Assembly (NCBI GenBank): GCA_030583785.1
Contig: CP129475.1
Span: 850,209 to 914,208, forward strand
Direction of reading: 5' to 3'
DNA from: Candidatus Dojkabacteria bacterium
Lineage (GTDB): Bacteria > Patescibacteriota > Dojkabacteria > B142 > OLB20
DNA length: 64,000 bases
Shown here: piece after piece, positions 37,594 through 47,458 of the stretch
How the letters are laid out: every line of letters starts with the position of its first letter
How positions within the stretch are numbered: position 1 is the stretch's first letter
The notes under the pieces: generated by a model
What the model was told of the DNA's origin: nothing
The model's input: only the letters and a program-made list of their open reading frames with translations
Databases searched by the model: none
Translations under genes and position numbers: made by a program

Positions 37594-38430
37594 TTATGAG
37601 GATGCTAATGGATCAAGACATACAAATCTGAAGCTTCCGTCAGATGAAGTTTGTACTACAATTTCTTTCTCTTTACCAAAAACCCAGTCAATCGTGATAT
37701 CTTGAAGATACTCAAGATCAGGATTTGTAAATGTTGAACGAAAGTAATCTTTAAATAATTGTTCACCTAGCGGTACAAGAACTTCTTTGTAATACCTTGG
37801 ACCATATACAGAAGTAACTGATTGATCGCTAAGAGGTAAACCATCTTCGAAGGTTGAGATAGAAAAGAATGTGCCCGCCATAACTGGAGTCGGGAAGACT
37901 AGATTTGCTGAATTTAATCTATCGCAATATTCGTTTTCTATGTGTACAAGCGCTCTCATCTCGTTGATGTAATTACTTTCGTTATAGGATTTACCTCTTA
38001 AGAAAGTAATTGGTCCTTCATTGTAACCATGGGTCGGTAATTTTGCTACAAGTCTTGGCATATCTGGTAGCTCAATTAAAAATGCCCAAGAATTACTTCC
38101 TCTACCTAGGTAACTTATTGTCGAGGTTTGGCCTGAATCCATCTCGACAGAAAAAGATGTGTCAATTTCTTCGATGGGGTTGTTTAAACCAGCTATTCCA
38201 TAGGCAAATAATATATTTGAAATTGAGATACTGATCCCTAATAGGAGCTCATTCATTGTTGTCATATAGTTAGGATTCCTAAGCAGTTCATACCCTAAGG
38301 TAGAATATACTATATCGGATCCATAGGCCCTACTTGCTATAGGACAAAAGCTATCAGGAAGGACTCCGTGTTCTAATTCGGAGTTGGAAGAATCGTTATT
38401 CAATCCAAGTTTTGAATCGGGTGACATCAT
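37594..38430 (-). CDS. hypothetical protein (third gene of a co-translated triplet)
   Basis: 278 aa; ATGA overlap with the upstream gene. Weak Gly-rich GRGSNSWAF + VAK segment only. Confidence 0.4.
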   Translation of the reverse strand: MMSPDSKLGLNNDSSNSELEHGVLPDSFCPIASRAYGSDIVYSTLGYELLRNPNYMTTMNELLLGISISISNILFAYGIAGLNNPIEEIDTSFSVEMDSGQTSTISYLGRGSNSWAFLIELPDMPRLVAKLPTHGYNEGPITFLRGKSYNESNYINEMRALVHIENEYCDRLNSANLVFPTPVMAGTFFSISTFEDGLPLSDQSVTSVYGPRYYKEVLVPLGEQLFKDYFRSTFTNPDLEYLQDITIDWVFGKEKEIVVQTSSDGSFRFVCLDPLASS

Positions 38431-38720
38431 TTGTCGTAGGCAGTTAATGGGTATTCTTCACCAAGTATGTTTACAAAATCCATTCCGCATACAGGTACCT
38501 CCCTACAGTTTTCAGTGAGATAATCTGCAGTAACTTTAGGGTATTCATCGTAATGGTTTGAGGCGTAATCGTTACCTTCAAATAGCACATACATATGTTT
38601 ATATTCGTCAGACCAAAAGAGTCTGCCTTTGCCTTTATTTTCAAGTTCGGTCCATAAAAAGTATAGGGCCTTTTTATAGCAATCAAAACCGCTTGTTGTT
38701 CTGATAGAAGACTCCGGCAT
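38427..38720 (-). CDS. hypothetical small protein
   Basis: 97 aa; lies between the TGase-like gene and the 278-aa gene on the same strand. Confidence 0.35.
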   Translation of the reverse strand: MPESSIRTTSGFDCYKKALYFLWTELENKGKGRLFWSDEYKHMYVLFEGNDYASNHYDEYPKVTADYLTENCREVPVCGMDFVNILGEEYPLTAYDK

Positions 38721-38786
38721 ATATCTATATATAACTAATATATACTAACATAATATCGTGACAATCTCCAAGTCGTTAAGCTCTGT

Positions 38787-39221
38787 TCAATACAATATGG
38801 TCCTTCTTGAGTTTTGCGGTATTTGAGGCGTTGAAAAAATTACGGCTTCTGGGTTTTCGTATGCGGTTTCTAGATATGTTTCGTATCTTATTGGAATATC
38901 AATTCTATTAGCTAAGTAGGGATCTAGGACATATCGATCTTCTCCTATTGTTGCAATTACAAAGTAATGAAAATTATAAACACCGCCACCTTTATGCTTA
39001 AGGTTATCGCCTTCCGGATTTGCCTTTGTAACTTTGCCATAAGCAAATCTCGATACATTCGTTCGCTTTTCTAAAGATTCCAATAAGTGCATTGCATGTT
39101 GCTTGCAAGCAATCCCATCTGGATCGATTCGATTGCCTTGTCTGCTAATGTACCTCTGGAACACATTTGTTATCTCTGTAAAGGCCAATTCGCTTGGATC
39201 AATTGCTCCGATTTCTGGCAT
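38787..39221 (-). CDS. transglutaminase-like (Transglut_core) Cys-His-Asp fold protein
   Basis: GIACKQHAM (G-x-C-x-x-x-A), HYFVIA (H-aromatic-hydrophobic) and YVLDPY (D-P) occur in the order and spacing of the TGase-like cysteine-peptidase core. Confidence 0.45.
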   Translation of the reverse strand: MPEIGAIDPSELAFTEITNVFQRYISRQGNRIDPDGIACKQHAMHLLESLEKRTNVSRFAYGKVTKANPEGDNLKHKGGGVYNFHYFVIATIGEDRYVLDPYLANRIDIPIRYETYLETAYENPEAVIFSTPQIPQNSRRTILY

Positions 39222-39305
39222 AACCTTAATTTAACATGGCAGATTATACACAGACATGCTTAACCGTCCTAATGATGCTATAATCACGCAGTTTATATAC
39301 TCGCC

Positions 39306-40511
39306 TTGAAAAGATTGCATGGTTGGGAATTAAAGAATATTCGTATCTATTACCTGCTCACTTTTGTACAGAGTAGTTGGTGGATAATGGGTAACTGGAT
39401 ATTCTTCTGGACCCGTTATATGACTTACGGCACGCTTGGGCTTATTGATGCCTTGGCCTTTGGATTTGGAGTTCTTGTAGAAATACCAACAGGTGCAGTT
39501 GCTGATCTCCTAGGTAAAAGAAGAACGATAATTGCTGCAATGGCTACTGCTACCTTGGGAATTATCCTAATGACTCATACTTGGAATCAATGGGGTATGC
39601 TATTTGGCTTTCTATTGGCGCAACTTGGCTGGGCATTGTATTCAGGTGCAGGGGAAGCCATGGCATACGATACACTTGTCGATCAAAAAAGAGAGTCAGA
39701 ATTTGAAAAAGTCATATCATCAGCATCTTCTGCAGGGTTGATTGTGACGGTTTTAACAATAATAATCGGAGGCTTTTTCTATGCCTTGTACTTTCAACTG
39801 CCACATATTATGTGGTGGATCACTTATGCTCTTGGTCTGATTCTTGCTTTTGGTATAACCGAACCAAATGCTGATACAGAAAAGTTCTCCTGGAAGGGAT
39901 ACTTTAAACAGCTTTCGACCGGTTTTGGTCAACTTCTTTCTCCAAAATTACGAAGATACTTAGTATTCATACTTGGACTAAATGGCGTGTTTATTATTTA
40001 TGATTGGGGACTAGTTAAGCCTGCTATGCTCGAACATTTTGGATATTATGCCAACGAACAGGCAATAGTGTTTGCTGTACTTGGTATTATCGGGGCGGTG
40101 TTTGTCAAAAGTCTGCCCAAAATTCGTAAAATATTTGGTGATATCAAGGGTCTTTATCTACTCAGTATGTTGATAGGTTTTTCTTATCTGATCATGTATT
40201 TCAATCTTGGGTACTATGGATTAATTACTGTGGCGATAATCGATATATTCGGAAGAATGATATATCCTTGGTTGTCCGTGGTTGTTAACAAAGAAATTCC
40301 ATCAAAATATAGGGCAACAACTATCTCTACTAGCACATTGATTAGCAGAATTCCTTATGTGATTGTTGCACTATTGGCTGGAGCCGCAGCAGAAAATGGA
40401 ACACTAAATGAGTTTAGTTTAGGTATTGGAACTGCATTTTTGGCGATGATTGGACTAAGCGTTATTCTCTCTTTTCAGAAACTCTTTGCTAGGATAAACT
40501 CTAAACTATAA
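39306..40511 (+). CDS. MFS transporter
   Basis: 401 aa with 12 TM segments and the loop motif GAVADLLGKRRTI. Confidence 0.75.
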   Translation: MKRLHGWELKNIRIYYLLTFVQSSWWIMGNWIFFWTRYMTYGTLGLIDALAFGFGVLVEIPTGAVADLLGKRRTIIAAMATATLGIILMTHTWNQWGMLFGFLLAQLGWALYSGAGEAMAYDTLVDQKRESEFEKVISSASSAGLIVTVLTIIIGGFFYALYFQLPHIMWWITYALGLILAFGITEPNADTEKFSWKGYFKQLSTGFGQLLSPKLRRYLVFILGLNGVFIIYDWGLVKPAMLEHFGYYANEQAIVFAVLGIIGAVFVKSLPKIRKIFGDIKGLYLLSMLIGFSYLIMYFNLGYYGLITVAIIDIFGRMIYPWLSVVVNKEIPSKYRATTISTSTLISRIPYVIVALLAGAAAENGTLNEFSLGIGTAFLAMIGLSVILSFQKLFARINSKL

Positions 40512-40529
40512 GAATTTATAAATATATCT

Positions 40530-41567
40530 GTGAAAAAGAATAAACAAGATAATAAAGAACAGAAAACTCAGCCCATAGAACGAGAGAAGATCGAAACAAA
40601 CGACGGCGGTGTAGCATTCGTTAGGGGTAATCATCCTAGAAAGAAGGGGTTCTGGCCACAATACGCAAACCTGGGAACTGGTCTTAAAAGCAATGTCGTC
40701 TTAACAGATGTTATTGAGCCAGAATCAAAAGTCGTTAATTACGCAGATAACCTCAAAGATCCAGTTAATACTGATATTTCTAAGGCGGAGGATTTTAATG
40801 ATTCGCACAATCATTATCAGAATCTGCTTTCCGAGGTATGGAACTATAACGATAAAATTAACGGAGTTGCACTTTGGGGCGACAGCAGCGCACTTGTTGA
40901 CAACAGCAAAGTCTGGGGTGGATTTTTGTCCGCTCGATCTTGGCCAGTTGGCTATGGGGAATACACGCCTGAGTCGGTAGCTGAAAAGAATAAAAAATCA
41001 TTTGATGCTCAACTTGTTGGACTTGAAATAGATATTCTCAATGCAGGAGAACCGGCTCCATCGAAGTGGGCAAAAACAGGACTGCAGGTTGTTGGCTTTG
41101 GAAATAAAAACACAACGGCAATCGAGATAAGATCCGAAGATACAGATGTTTATGCAAAAACACAGTCCGAAAAGAGAGGTTCTTTTCATGAAGGCATTGT
41201 TTTCAACAATTGCATGGCAGAAGACGGAATCTACATGAGCTCCCGTAATGCAGGTGGGGCAATTGGTATTGATTTTAGAAATACATATTTTACACATGGA
41301 GCCGTTTCGTTACTCACAGCAGGCAACCAAAGTGGTATCGTTTTTAATAGCGGTAAGTCGGGGCAGATTTATGGGGATAGCAAAGGTAATCTGACACTAG
41401 CCATCGGTGAAAACGGCATCAAGATGGTAGATCTATCTGGAAAAACATTTTTTTATCTTCCTCTAAGAAAACGGCACAGAATTATATACGCTATTTTGGC
41501 AGCATTACTTGCTGTATGGTTTGTAGTTGTGTCTATTGCCACGCTTCTGTTTCTTTTCAAGTCGTAG
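40530..41567 (+). CDS. hypothetical protein with C-terminal TM anchor
   Basis: 345 aa; the Gly/Asn-rich C-terminal half is possibly beta-helical, followed by a TM at the extreme C-terminus. Confidence 0.4.
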   Translation: MKKNKQDNKEQKTQPIEREKIETNDGGVAFVRGNHPRKKGFWPQYANLGTGLKSNVVLTDVIEPESKVVNYADNLKDPVNTDISKAEDFNDSHNHYQNLLSEVWNYNDKINGVALWGDSSALVDNSKVWGGFLSARSWPVGYGEYTPESVAEKNKKSFDAQLVGLEIDILNAGEPAPSKWAKTGLQVVGFGNKNTTAIEIRSEDTDVYAKTQSEKRGSFHEGIVFNNCMAEDGIYMSSRNAGGAIGIDFRNTYFTHGAVSLLTAGNQSGIVFNSGKSGQIYGDSKGNLTLAIGENGIKMVDLSGKTFFYLPLRKRHRIIYAILAALLAVWFVVVSIATLLFLFKS

Positions 41568-41604
41568 AAAATAAGCTAGAGTAAAAATAATTATCTACTC
41601 TGCG

Positions 41605-44600
41605 GTGATACATAAACTTTTCTCATTAGTTAGTTTTCTGCCCGTATTTCTCATCGTCTTTTCTTCATCTGCACAGGCTCTAGTTGCGTCTCCTACAGCT
41701 GGAAACTATGCAAAGGGTGAAGAAATTACAATCTCCTTAACTGCCAATCCGGCAAATGAATATATTAATGCCATTGAATTTAATCTTCTGGCGGAAAATC
41801 TACAGATTTTGGATTATATTCTTCCGGCAGAAAGCGGGAATTGGTTGGTCAGCAAGCCAGGATGTGAAAACGATCAGTTTTATATTGCAGATAAGGTATG
41901 TGTCACACTTGGAAAGCAACAGGCTATTCAACCGGGAGAATCATTAGGGACTTTGCGTGTAATGATTACTGATGATGGCAACGCAAGGTTGCTTACAATC
42001 AATGGAAGCGGTTATTCTGATGGAGAAGCTGTTTATGAACTCGATCAACAGCTTGTTTCTTGGAATGAAGTTGTTTCTGAGTCAAGTACAGGCTTGCCTG
42101 TTGACCTACCTTGGGGATCAATACTTATTGTTGTTTGTATTGGACTAACTGTCGGGGTTCTGTTGTTGCTCCTGCTTCTTAGAAAATCAAAAAGAGCGGT
42201 ATTATCGACCGTTCTAATAGTCGGAGGAGGTCTTTTGCTCGCTGTTGCTGCGATTGTGGTCTTGAATTTTACTCAGTCAACAACTCCAGAACAATCATCG
42301 GCATCGCAAAATTCAAACAGACACAGCTTAAAGGTAATGTTCATTGGTTATAACCCTGTTGAAGGAGACAAGGATATTGCAACCACATACTTTCCGGGTG
42401 CTATGGCTGGGAGAACCGCTGCACAATTTGAAGATGAAATGTTTGAAAAGATTCGCAACGCATATTTAGAATTATCTGAAGGAAGAATTAATTTTTCCTT
42501 AAAAAAGAAGCTAAACATCACAAGTTTTCCGACTTACGATGGGGTTCAAGAGTTCACATTCGATAATTATGCAAGATGTGTCTACGGTACTCCAGCGTTT
42601 CAGCCTGAATTTTGCGATGCATTAAAGTTAAAGTTTGATTATGTAAAATTCGTTCAAGAAAATAATCTTTGTCAAATTGCAAAAGATGAAGGTATCGACG
42701 AAATTTGGATGTTCTCTCCGCCGTATATGCTAGCTTGGGAGAATTTTATGGTCGGTCCTACAGCTGGTTTTCCAGTAAATGGTCCGGGATTTGTTGTGCC
42801 AGGTTGTGACCGTCATATTGTTATAACAAATGGTACTTATGATAGACCTGGTAATCTTATGCATATTATCGGGCATAAAGCAGAAGCGATAATGGGTAGG
42901 CTAGTATCATATTGGAAGGCTGAAGACAAAGAACTACATTGGAATCGCTTCAGCAAGATTGACCTTTATGGAGGAATGACTCCAGATTTTTCAGTTCCTT
43001 ACTGCGGAAACATTCATTATCCCCACAATGGTACTTTTTCTTACGATATTGCAAACAAGACCACAAGACTGTCGGCCTGCAGTGATTGGAAGAATTTCCC
43101 GGAGTATACCGGAAACAATGTGCAGTCAAACTGTGACGATTGGGGCTGCACCGATGACGGTTGGAGTCTGAAATGGTTATCTTCACTACCGCATTCTGTC
43201 GGCGAGGTACTAATGACAGCTCCAAGTGGCGAGAAATTTGTTTTCAAAAAAGACTGGTGGTACTACTTCTTATATCCAGAAAATGTAATCTCTTTCCCTC
43301 AGTATATTCAAGAATGCACAAGTTTCACCTATGGCAAATGGAGTGTCTGTAGCAATAAAACACAGACAAGATCTGTTGTAAGTAGATCACCAGAAAACTG
43401 TTATGGAGAACCAGCAGAACCACTTGTTCAAGAGTGTGCAGATCCGATAGTCGCATGTACGGATTACAAATATAGTGATTGGGGAATATGTATTGATGGA
43501 AAACAAAGCAGAACAGTAGAAGATAGCCTTCCTTCTGGTTGTATTGGCGGAGCAAACCCAGTACTTTCGCAGTCGTGTCAGGTTGCTTGTACTGCGTTTA
43601 CTTATACTGAGTGGAGCGGCTGTAATGAAGAAAGCTTAATCAGCACTCGTCAGCTAGTGTCTTCATTACCAACAGGGTGTGTGGGTGGAACTCCGGAACC
43701 TTTGTCACAGAGTTGTACGATAGCACCAGAGCGATGTACTGAATTCAATTATTCAAACTGGTCGGCTTGTGTTGAAGGTAAACAGACCAGAACTCTAGTG
43801 TCACAATTGCCAGGCGGATGCTCCGGCTCTGCACCTGGTCCATTTGAACAGTCCTGTCAGTCAGTGTGTAGCGAATTCACCTATTCTGATTGGGGAGAAT
43901 GCATAGATGGAAGCCAGAACAGGACTATTCTTTCGTCCCTTCCAAGCGGATGTAGCGGAGGTACTCCTGCAGAATTAACTAGAGCGTGCACACCGGTATG
44001 TTCGAATTTTGTTTATTCCGAATGGAGCGAGTGTGTGAATTCGAACCAAACAAGAACAATCATTTCAGCTCTGCCTCAGAATTGTAGCGGTGGATCACCG
44101 GCTGCTTTAAGTAGATCATGCACTGCAATAATCCAACCAACCCTGATACCTCAACCGGTTGCTTGTACGAGTCATACATATTCACCATGGGGAGCTTGTC
44201 GAGGAGGCAGTTCAACCAGGACTGTAGTGTCTTCTGTACCAGAAGCTTGCGTTGGTGGTGTTGCTCCGGTAACTACGCAATCCTGTACTTCGCCACAAGT
44301 AACCTGTCAGGAATTCTCTTATTCTGCTTGGAGCAACTGCGAAGACGGCAGAAGAGAAAGGATAATTGTGGGTTCTTCTCCTGCAGGATGTATTGGTGGA
44401 ACACCAGCACAGCTTAGTCAGGGTTGTACTTCTGAAGTAACTTGTCAGTCGTTCACCTATTCTGATTGGGGACAATGCAGGAACGGAATACAATATCGAA
44501 ACATTAGTGGATCAACGCCTACTAGTTGTAGCGGTGGAAATCCTCAATTAAGTAGATCTTGTGAGACTCAACCGCTGCCTTCAGTTAATGTGACCCCTGT

Positions 44601-44817
44601 TGTCGCAGGATCAAGTTGTGTTGCAATCGACGGTAACCAAGATGGAAGGATTACATTGATTGAGCTGGCGAGGTTCCTTAGAAACTTTGGTACAAAGTGT
44701 GAGCCGGTAAATGTTCAAGGGTGCGGAAGTATTGATGCAAATGGAGACGGAATTGTCGACGACAAAGATTTAAGGCTTGTTCTTAGTAACTACAACAAGA
44801 ACCAGTGTAGAATTTGA
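41605..44817 (+). CDS. multidomain surface protein: cohesin-like domain - 2 TM - unknown domain - 9x thrombospondin-type-1-like Cys repeats - dockerin
   Basis: Signal peptide, then a cohesin-like beta region (nt ~41677-42010). TM helices at aa 171-221. Nine ~41-aa repeats C-x2-F-x-Y-S-x-W-x2-C-x2-G-x-Q-x-R-T-x2-S-x2-P-x-G-C-x-G-G-x-P-x6-C (nt 43315-44563). The C-terminal dockerin has two Ca loops (DGNQDGRITLIE / DANGDGIVDDKD). Confidence 0.7.
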   Translation: MIHKLFSLVSFLPVFLIVFSSSAQALVASPTAGNYAKGEEITISLTANPANEYINAIEFNLLAENLQILDYILPAESGNWLVSKPGCENDQFYIADKVCVTLGKQQAIQPGESLGTLRVMITDDGNARLLTINGSGYSDGEAVYELDQQLVSWNEVVSESSTGLPVDLPWGSILIVVCIGLTVGVLLLLLLLRKSKRAVLSTVLIVGGGLLLAVAAIVVLNFTQSTTPEQSSASQNSNRHSLKVMFIGYNPVEGDKDIATTYFPGAMAGRTAAQFEDEMFEKIRNAYLELSEGRINFSLKKKLNITSFPTYDGVQEFTFDNYARCVYGTPAFQPEFCDALKLKFDYVKFVQENNLCQIAKDEGIDEIWMFSPPYMLAWENFMVGPTAGFPVNGPGFVVPGCDRHIVITNGTYDRPGNLMHIIGHKAEAIMGRLVSYWKAEDKELHWNRFSKIDLYGGMTPDFSVPYCGNIHYPHNGTFSYDIANKTTRLSACSDWKNFPEYTGNNVQSNCDDWGCTDDGWSLKWLSSLPHSVGEVLMTAPSGEKFVFKKDWWYYFLYPENVISFPQYIQECTSFTYGKWSVCSNKTQTRSVVSRSPENCYGEPAEPLVQECADPIVACTDYKYSDWGICIDGKQSRTVEDSLPSGCIGGANPVLSQSCQVACTAFTYTEWSGCNEESLISTRQLVSSLPTGCVGGTPEPLSQSCTIAPERCTEFNYSNWSACVEGKQTRTLVSQLPGGCSGSAPGPFEQSCQSVCSEFTYSDWGECIDGSQNRTILSSLPSGCSGGTPAELTRACTPVCSNFVYSEWSECVNSNQTRTIISALPQNCSGGSPAALSRSCTAIIQPTLIPQPVACTSHTYSPWGACRGGSSTRTVVSSVPEACVGGVAPVTTQSCTSPQVTCQEFSYSAWSNCEDGRRERIIVGSSPAGCIGGTPAQLSQGCTSEVTCQSFTYSDWGQCRNGIQYRNISGSTPTSCSGGNPQLSRSCETQPLPSVNVTPVVAGSSCVAIDGNQDGRITLIELARFLRNFGTKCEPVNVQGCGSIDANGDGIVDDKDLRLVLSNYNKNQCRI

Positions 44818-44825
44818 AGAATTGA

Positions 44826-45677
44826 TTAAGTTGTAATGGCAATCAACGACTGGCCATTTGTCAAAGGTGATTCGGCGATAAGTGCAGGGACAAGAACTCT
44901 GGGAGAGGTTTCGATCATTGCCGGTCTGCTTAGCAGTGTTGTTGCCAACCGTTTATATCCCTGCGAACTTCCGATTTGTGCATATAGATCGCTAAATCCC
45001 GCAATATCTCTAACATCATGAGCAGTAAAAGGCCCTTGATGTATTTCGTGAGTCCAATAAACATGGGTAGGAGTAGTATTACCTGTCGTACTGTGAAATT
45101 CTATTGGGTGGAAGGCCGAACGAGAAGCAGTTATTTGTTGATCTCGATAAGTTAAGATATGCTGCCCCTCGGGGGTTCTGAGTCTAGGAATCAAAAGCCC
45201 ACTCGAAGAGTCGTAAACCTCTGCTATAGCTATTGCTTCGATTCCAGAATAAACGCTATCTATTCCCCCCTCTTCGTTGCGTAAGATTATTACGCCTCTA
45301 TTGTCAGGGCCAATAGAATATATTGGATCTATATGGTAAGTATGGCTTGCTGGAAGGCTGTCTTGCGATTGGCCTATAGGAGTAATAAAGTAACTTTCTT
45401 GATTCTCGTCGTAAAGCATTCTTATTGCCTCAGTTCTAGGGGTAGATCTTCCATCTGGAATAGTCCTTACAAAGACCATGCTCTGAAAACCAATCATCCG
45501 ATTTGGGTTTTGTTCAGAATCATAAAGACTAGGTCTAAGATTTAAGGCCCTTGATGTATGTTTCAATCCATATATTGATATTTCCTGACCTTCAGGCCTC
45601 TCGTAACCCATTGATATTTGCTTAAATATCTCGGCAGTTGTTAGAGAAAAAGTGTCTGTGCGGAATGGTTCAATCAT
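44826..45677 (-). CDS. hypothetical cytoplasmic protein
   Basis: 283 aa; no signal peptide or TM; no recognisable motif. Confidence 0.4.
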   Translation of the reverse strand: MIEPFRTDTFSLTTAEIFKQISMGYERPEGQEISIYGLKHTSRALNLRPSLYDSEQNPNRMIGFQSMVFVRTIPDGRSTPRTEAIRMLYDENQESYFITPIGQSQDSLPASHTYHIDPIYSIGPDNRGVIILRNEEGGIDSVYSGIEAIAIAEVYDSSSGLLIPRLRTPEGQHILTYRDQQITASRSAFHPIEFHSTTGNTTPTHVYWTHEIHQGPFTAHDVRDIAGFSDLYAQIGSSQGYKRLATTLLSRPAMIETSPRVLVPALIAESPLTNGQSLIAITT

Positions 45678-45738
45678 TTAAGAAATGCTAATTTCGAGGA
45701 TTATATCTGATACTAACCCATAATCACAAGATAATAAT

Positions 45739-47367
45739 TCAGCGGAATGAATTCATTATTAGAACGCCATCTTCGCTTGTGCAGGCATAGAGTTGAGTTA
45801 TTCCGTTAACTCTGCGAACTGCGTAGTGCGTATTACTTTCACTTCCGGTCGACGGATCATAGGGAATTATAATGAGTTCTCCACTTTGGGTTAATGGACT
45901 CAAATCAACACATTGGTCATTCGTAATTGCTGAACTTAGACTCAGTGATTTGGCCGTGATTGCTAGTGCATTTATTCTTGGTGAGAAGTTCGAGCTGCCT
46001 GTTTCCATTACGATCTTATATTGGAAATATCTGCCAAAGTATTGCGAATTAAGAACAATAATATTGTTCTGTTCTGTATTGTAGAAAGATCCAAGAGTGC
46101 CATCGGGACCAGAAAATCCAGCGTCAGAGCAATCGCTTTGCTCACAAGCTCTGACTTGCATAAGTAGCTTAGCTTTGCCCGAATTATACCTGCTACTTAT
46201 TTCTGTTCCTGTAAGTGCACGATTGTAGATTGCAACCTCATCAATGTCTCCATTAAAAAATCTATCGCCACTTGTGCGGCTTCCAATCCTAAGGGGAGTA
46301 GTTGAGGACTGTATTGTGCCGGTAAGGGATATTGTATTTTCTAGGTTGCCGTTAACATAAATACGCATCGATGAACCATTATATGTTCCTACCACATGGT
46401 ACCAGATACCTTGTTGTGGGACAGTCGTTCCAAGAACATATCTTCTGTTAACATTTGTTCTTATAGCAAATTCAAATGTACTATTATTGTAGTTATGTTG
46501 AATCTGGTATTGGTTATCAACATTTTTGTTGATTATCTGAGCCCATTGGGCTCCACTTGCAGGATTAATGTTCCATTTTATCCAAGTTTCAATTGTTATC
46601 TCTGTTGTTGGATTTAAGTTTGCTGAATTGCCAATTTCAATATATGAACTTGTTCCGTTAAACCTTCTGGCATTTGCAAATTGACCTAGAACCTGGCTAG
46701 TGTTAACAGAAGTTCCATTATTATTGTTTCCCGAAGTATCAGTAATGGTGCTACCAATATCGTCTAAGTGAAGAAGTAAAAAGTTGCCACTCATATCAAT
46801 TACACCGGCCGCTCCTGTATTAACAGATTGTTGATTGTCTGGAAGAGCAAAATTATACTTGTCATTTGGAGTAATTGTTACAGATTCCCAAGAACTGGGC
46901 TTTCCAGAATCGATGATAGCTGAATCATAGATTCCGTTTCCGATCGTTTTCCCTACGGAGTTAAGTTCAAGCATCGAATTGCTAAGAATATATTCTGTGT
47001 TTGTGTAGCTACCCAAATTGAAGTCAGAAGCCGAGTTGATTACATATTGTTGCTCTGAGCTAGGGTCACCGTTCACTGCAAGTATTGTACATTCAATTGC
47101 GCAACCTGAGTTATTTGTGCCGATAACACGAAGATTATTGTCAATGTCGGGGAAGTCGTTCCCACGGTTGTTGACCATATATTGTTGTAATCCATTTCTT
47201 ATAGAAATAAGGTCGCTAACTCTTTGTTCGTTTCTTGTTTCTAGAAAATGCTTAGCAGGATTAATTGCGAATATTACAATGGAAACTACAATAACTAGCA
47301 ATGCCATAGCTAAGAGAAGATCGAGTAGCGTAAATGCTTTATTTTTTAGTTGTCTAAGAAGCCTCAT
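45739..47367 (-). CDS. type IV pilin-like protein fused to a LamG/concanavalin-like lectin domain
   Basis: N-terminus KNKAFTLLDLLLAMALLVIVVSIVIFAINP. The LamG-like jelly-roll segment (FNGTSSYIEIGNSANLNPTTEITIETWIKW...RIGSRTSGDRFFNGDIDEVAIYNRAL) matches the laminin-G-like motif. Confidence 0.7.
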   Translation of the reverse strand: MRLLRQLKNKAFTLLDLLLAMALLVIVVSIVIFAINPAKHFLETRNEQRVSDLISIRNGLQQYMVNNRGNDFPDIDNNLRVIGTNNSGCAIECTILAVNGDPSSEQQYVINSASDFNLGSYTNTEYILSNSMLELNSVGKTIGNGIYDSAIIDSGKPSSWESVTITPNDKYNFALPDNQQSVNTGAAGVIDMSGNFLLLHLDDIGSTITDTSGNNNNGTSVNTSQVLGQFANARRFNGTSSYIEIGNSANLNPTTEITIETWIKWNINPASGAQWAQIINKNVDNQYQIQHNYNNSTFEFAIRTNVNRRYVLGTTVPQQGIWYHVVGTYNGSSMRIYVNGNLENTISLTGTIQSSTTPLRIGSRTSGDRFFNGDIDEVAIYNRALTGTEISSRYNSGKAKLLMQVRACEQSDCSDAGFSGPDGTLGSFYNTEQNNIIVLNSQYFGRYFQYKIVMETGSSNFSPRINALAITAKSLSLSSAITNDQCVDLSPLTQSGELIIIPYDPSTGSESNTHYAVRRVNGITQLYACTSEDGVLIMNSFR

Positions 47368-47458
47368 TTCATTACAGTATAGACTAGCGGCAACTTGACT
47401 GGAAGCTATATAAGCTGTTCAGAATCTCGTATAATAATAATGTATTAAGCGAATCATT

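Noticed and set aside
37594-38430. Protein-kinase/APH-like reading of the 278-aa protein (GRGSNSWAF ... VAK ... NPDLEYLQD ... IDW)
   Set aside because: The spacing between the putative catalytic loop and the IDW motif is far too short (about 7 aa versus about 17), and no hinge or HxD was found; it is left as hypothetical.
44826-45677. Possible ADP-ribosyltransferase toxin partnering the ARH gene
   Set aside because: No convincing R / STS / ExE arrangement, and it lies 8 kb from the ARH gene.
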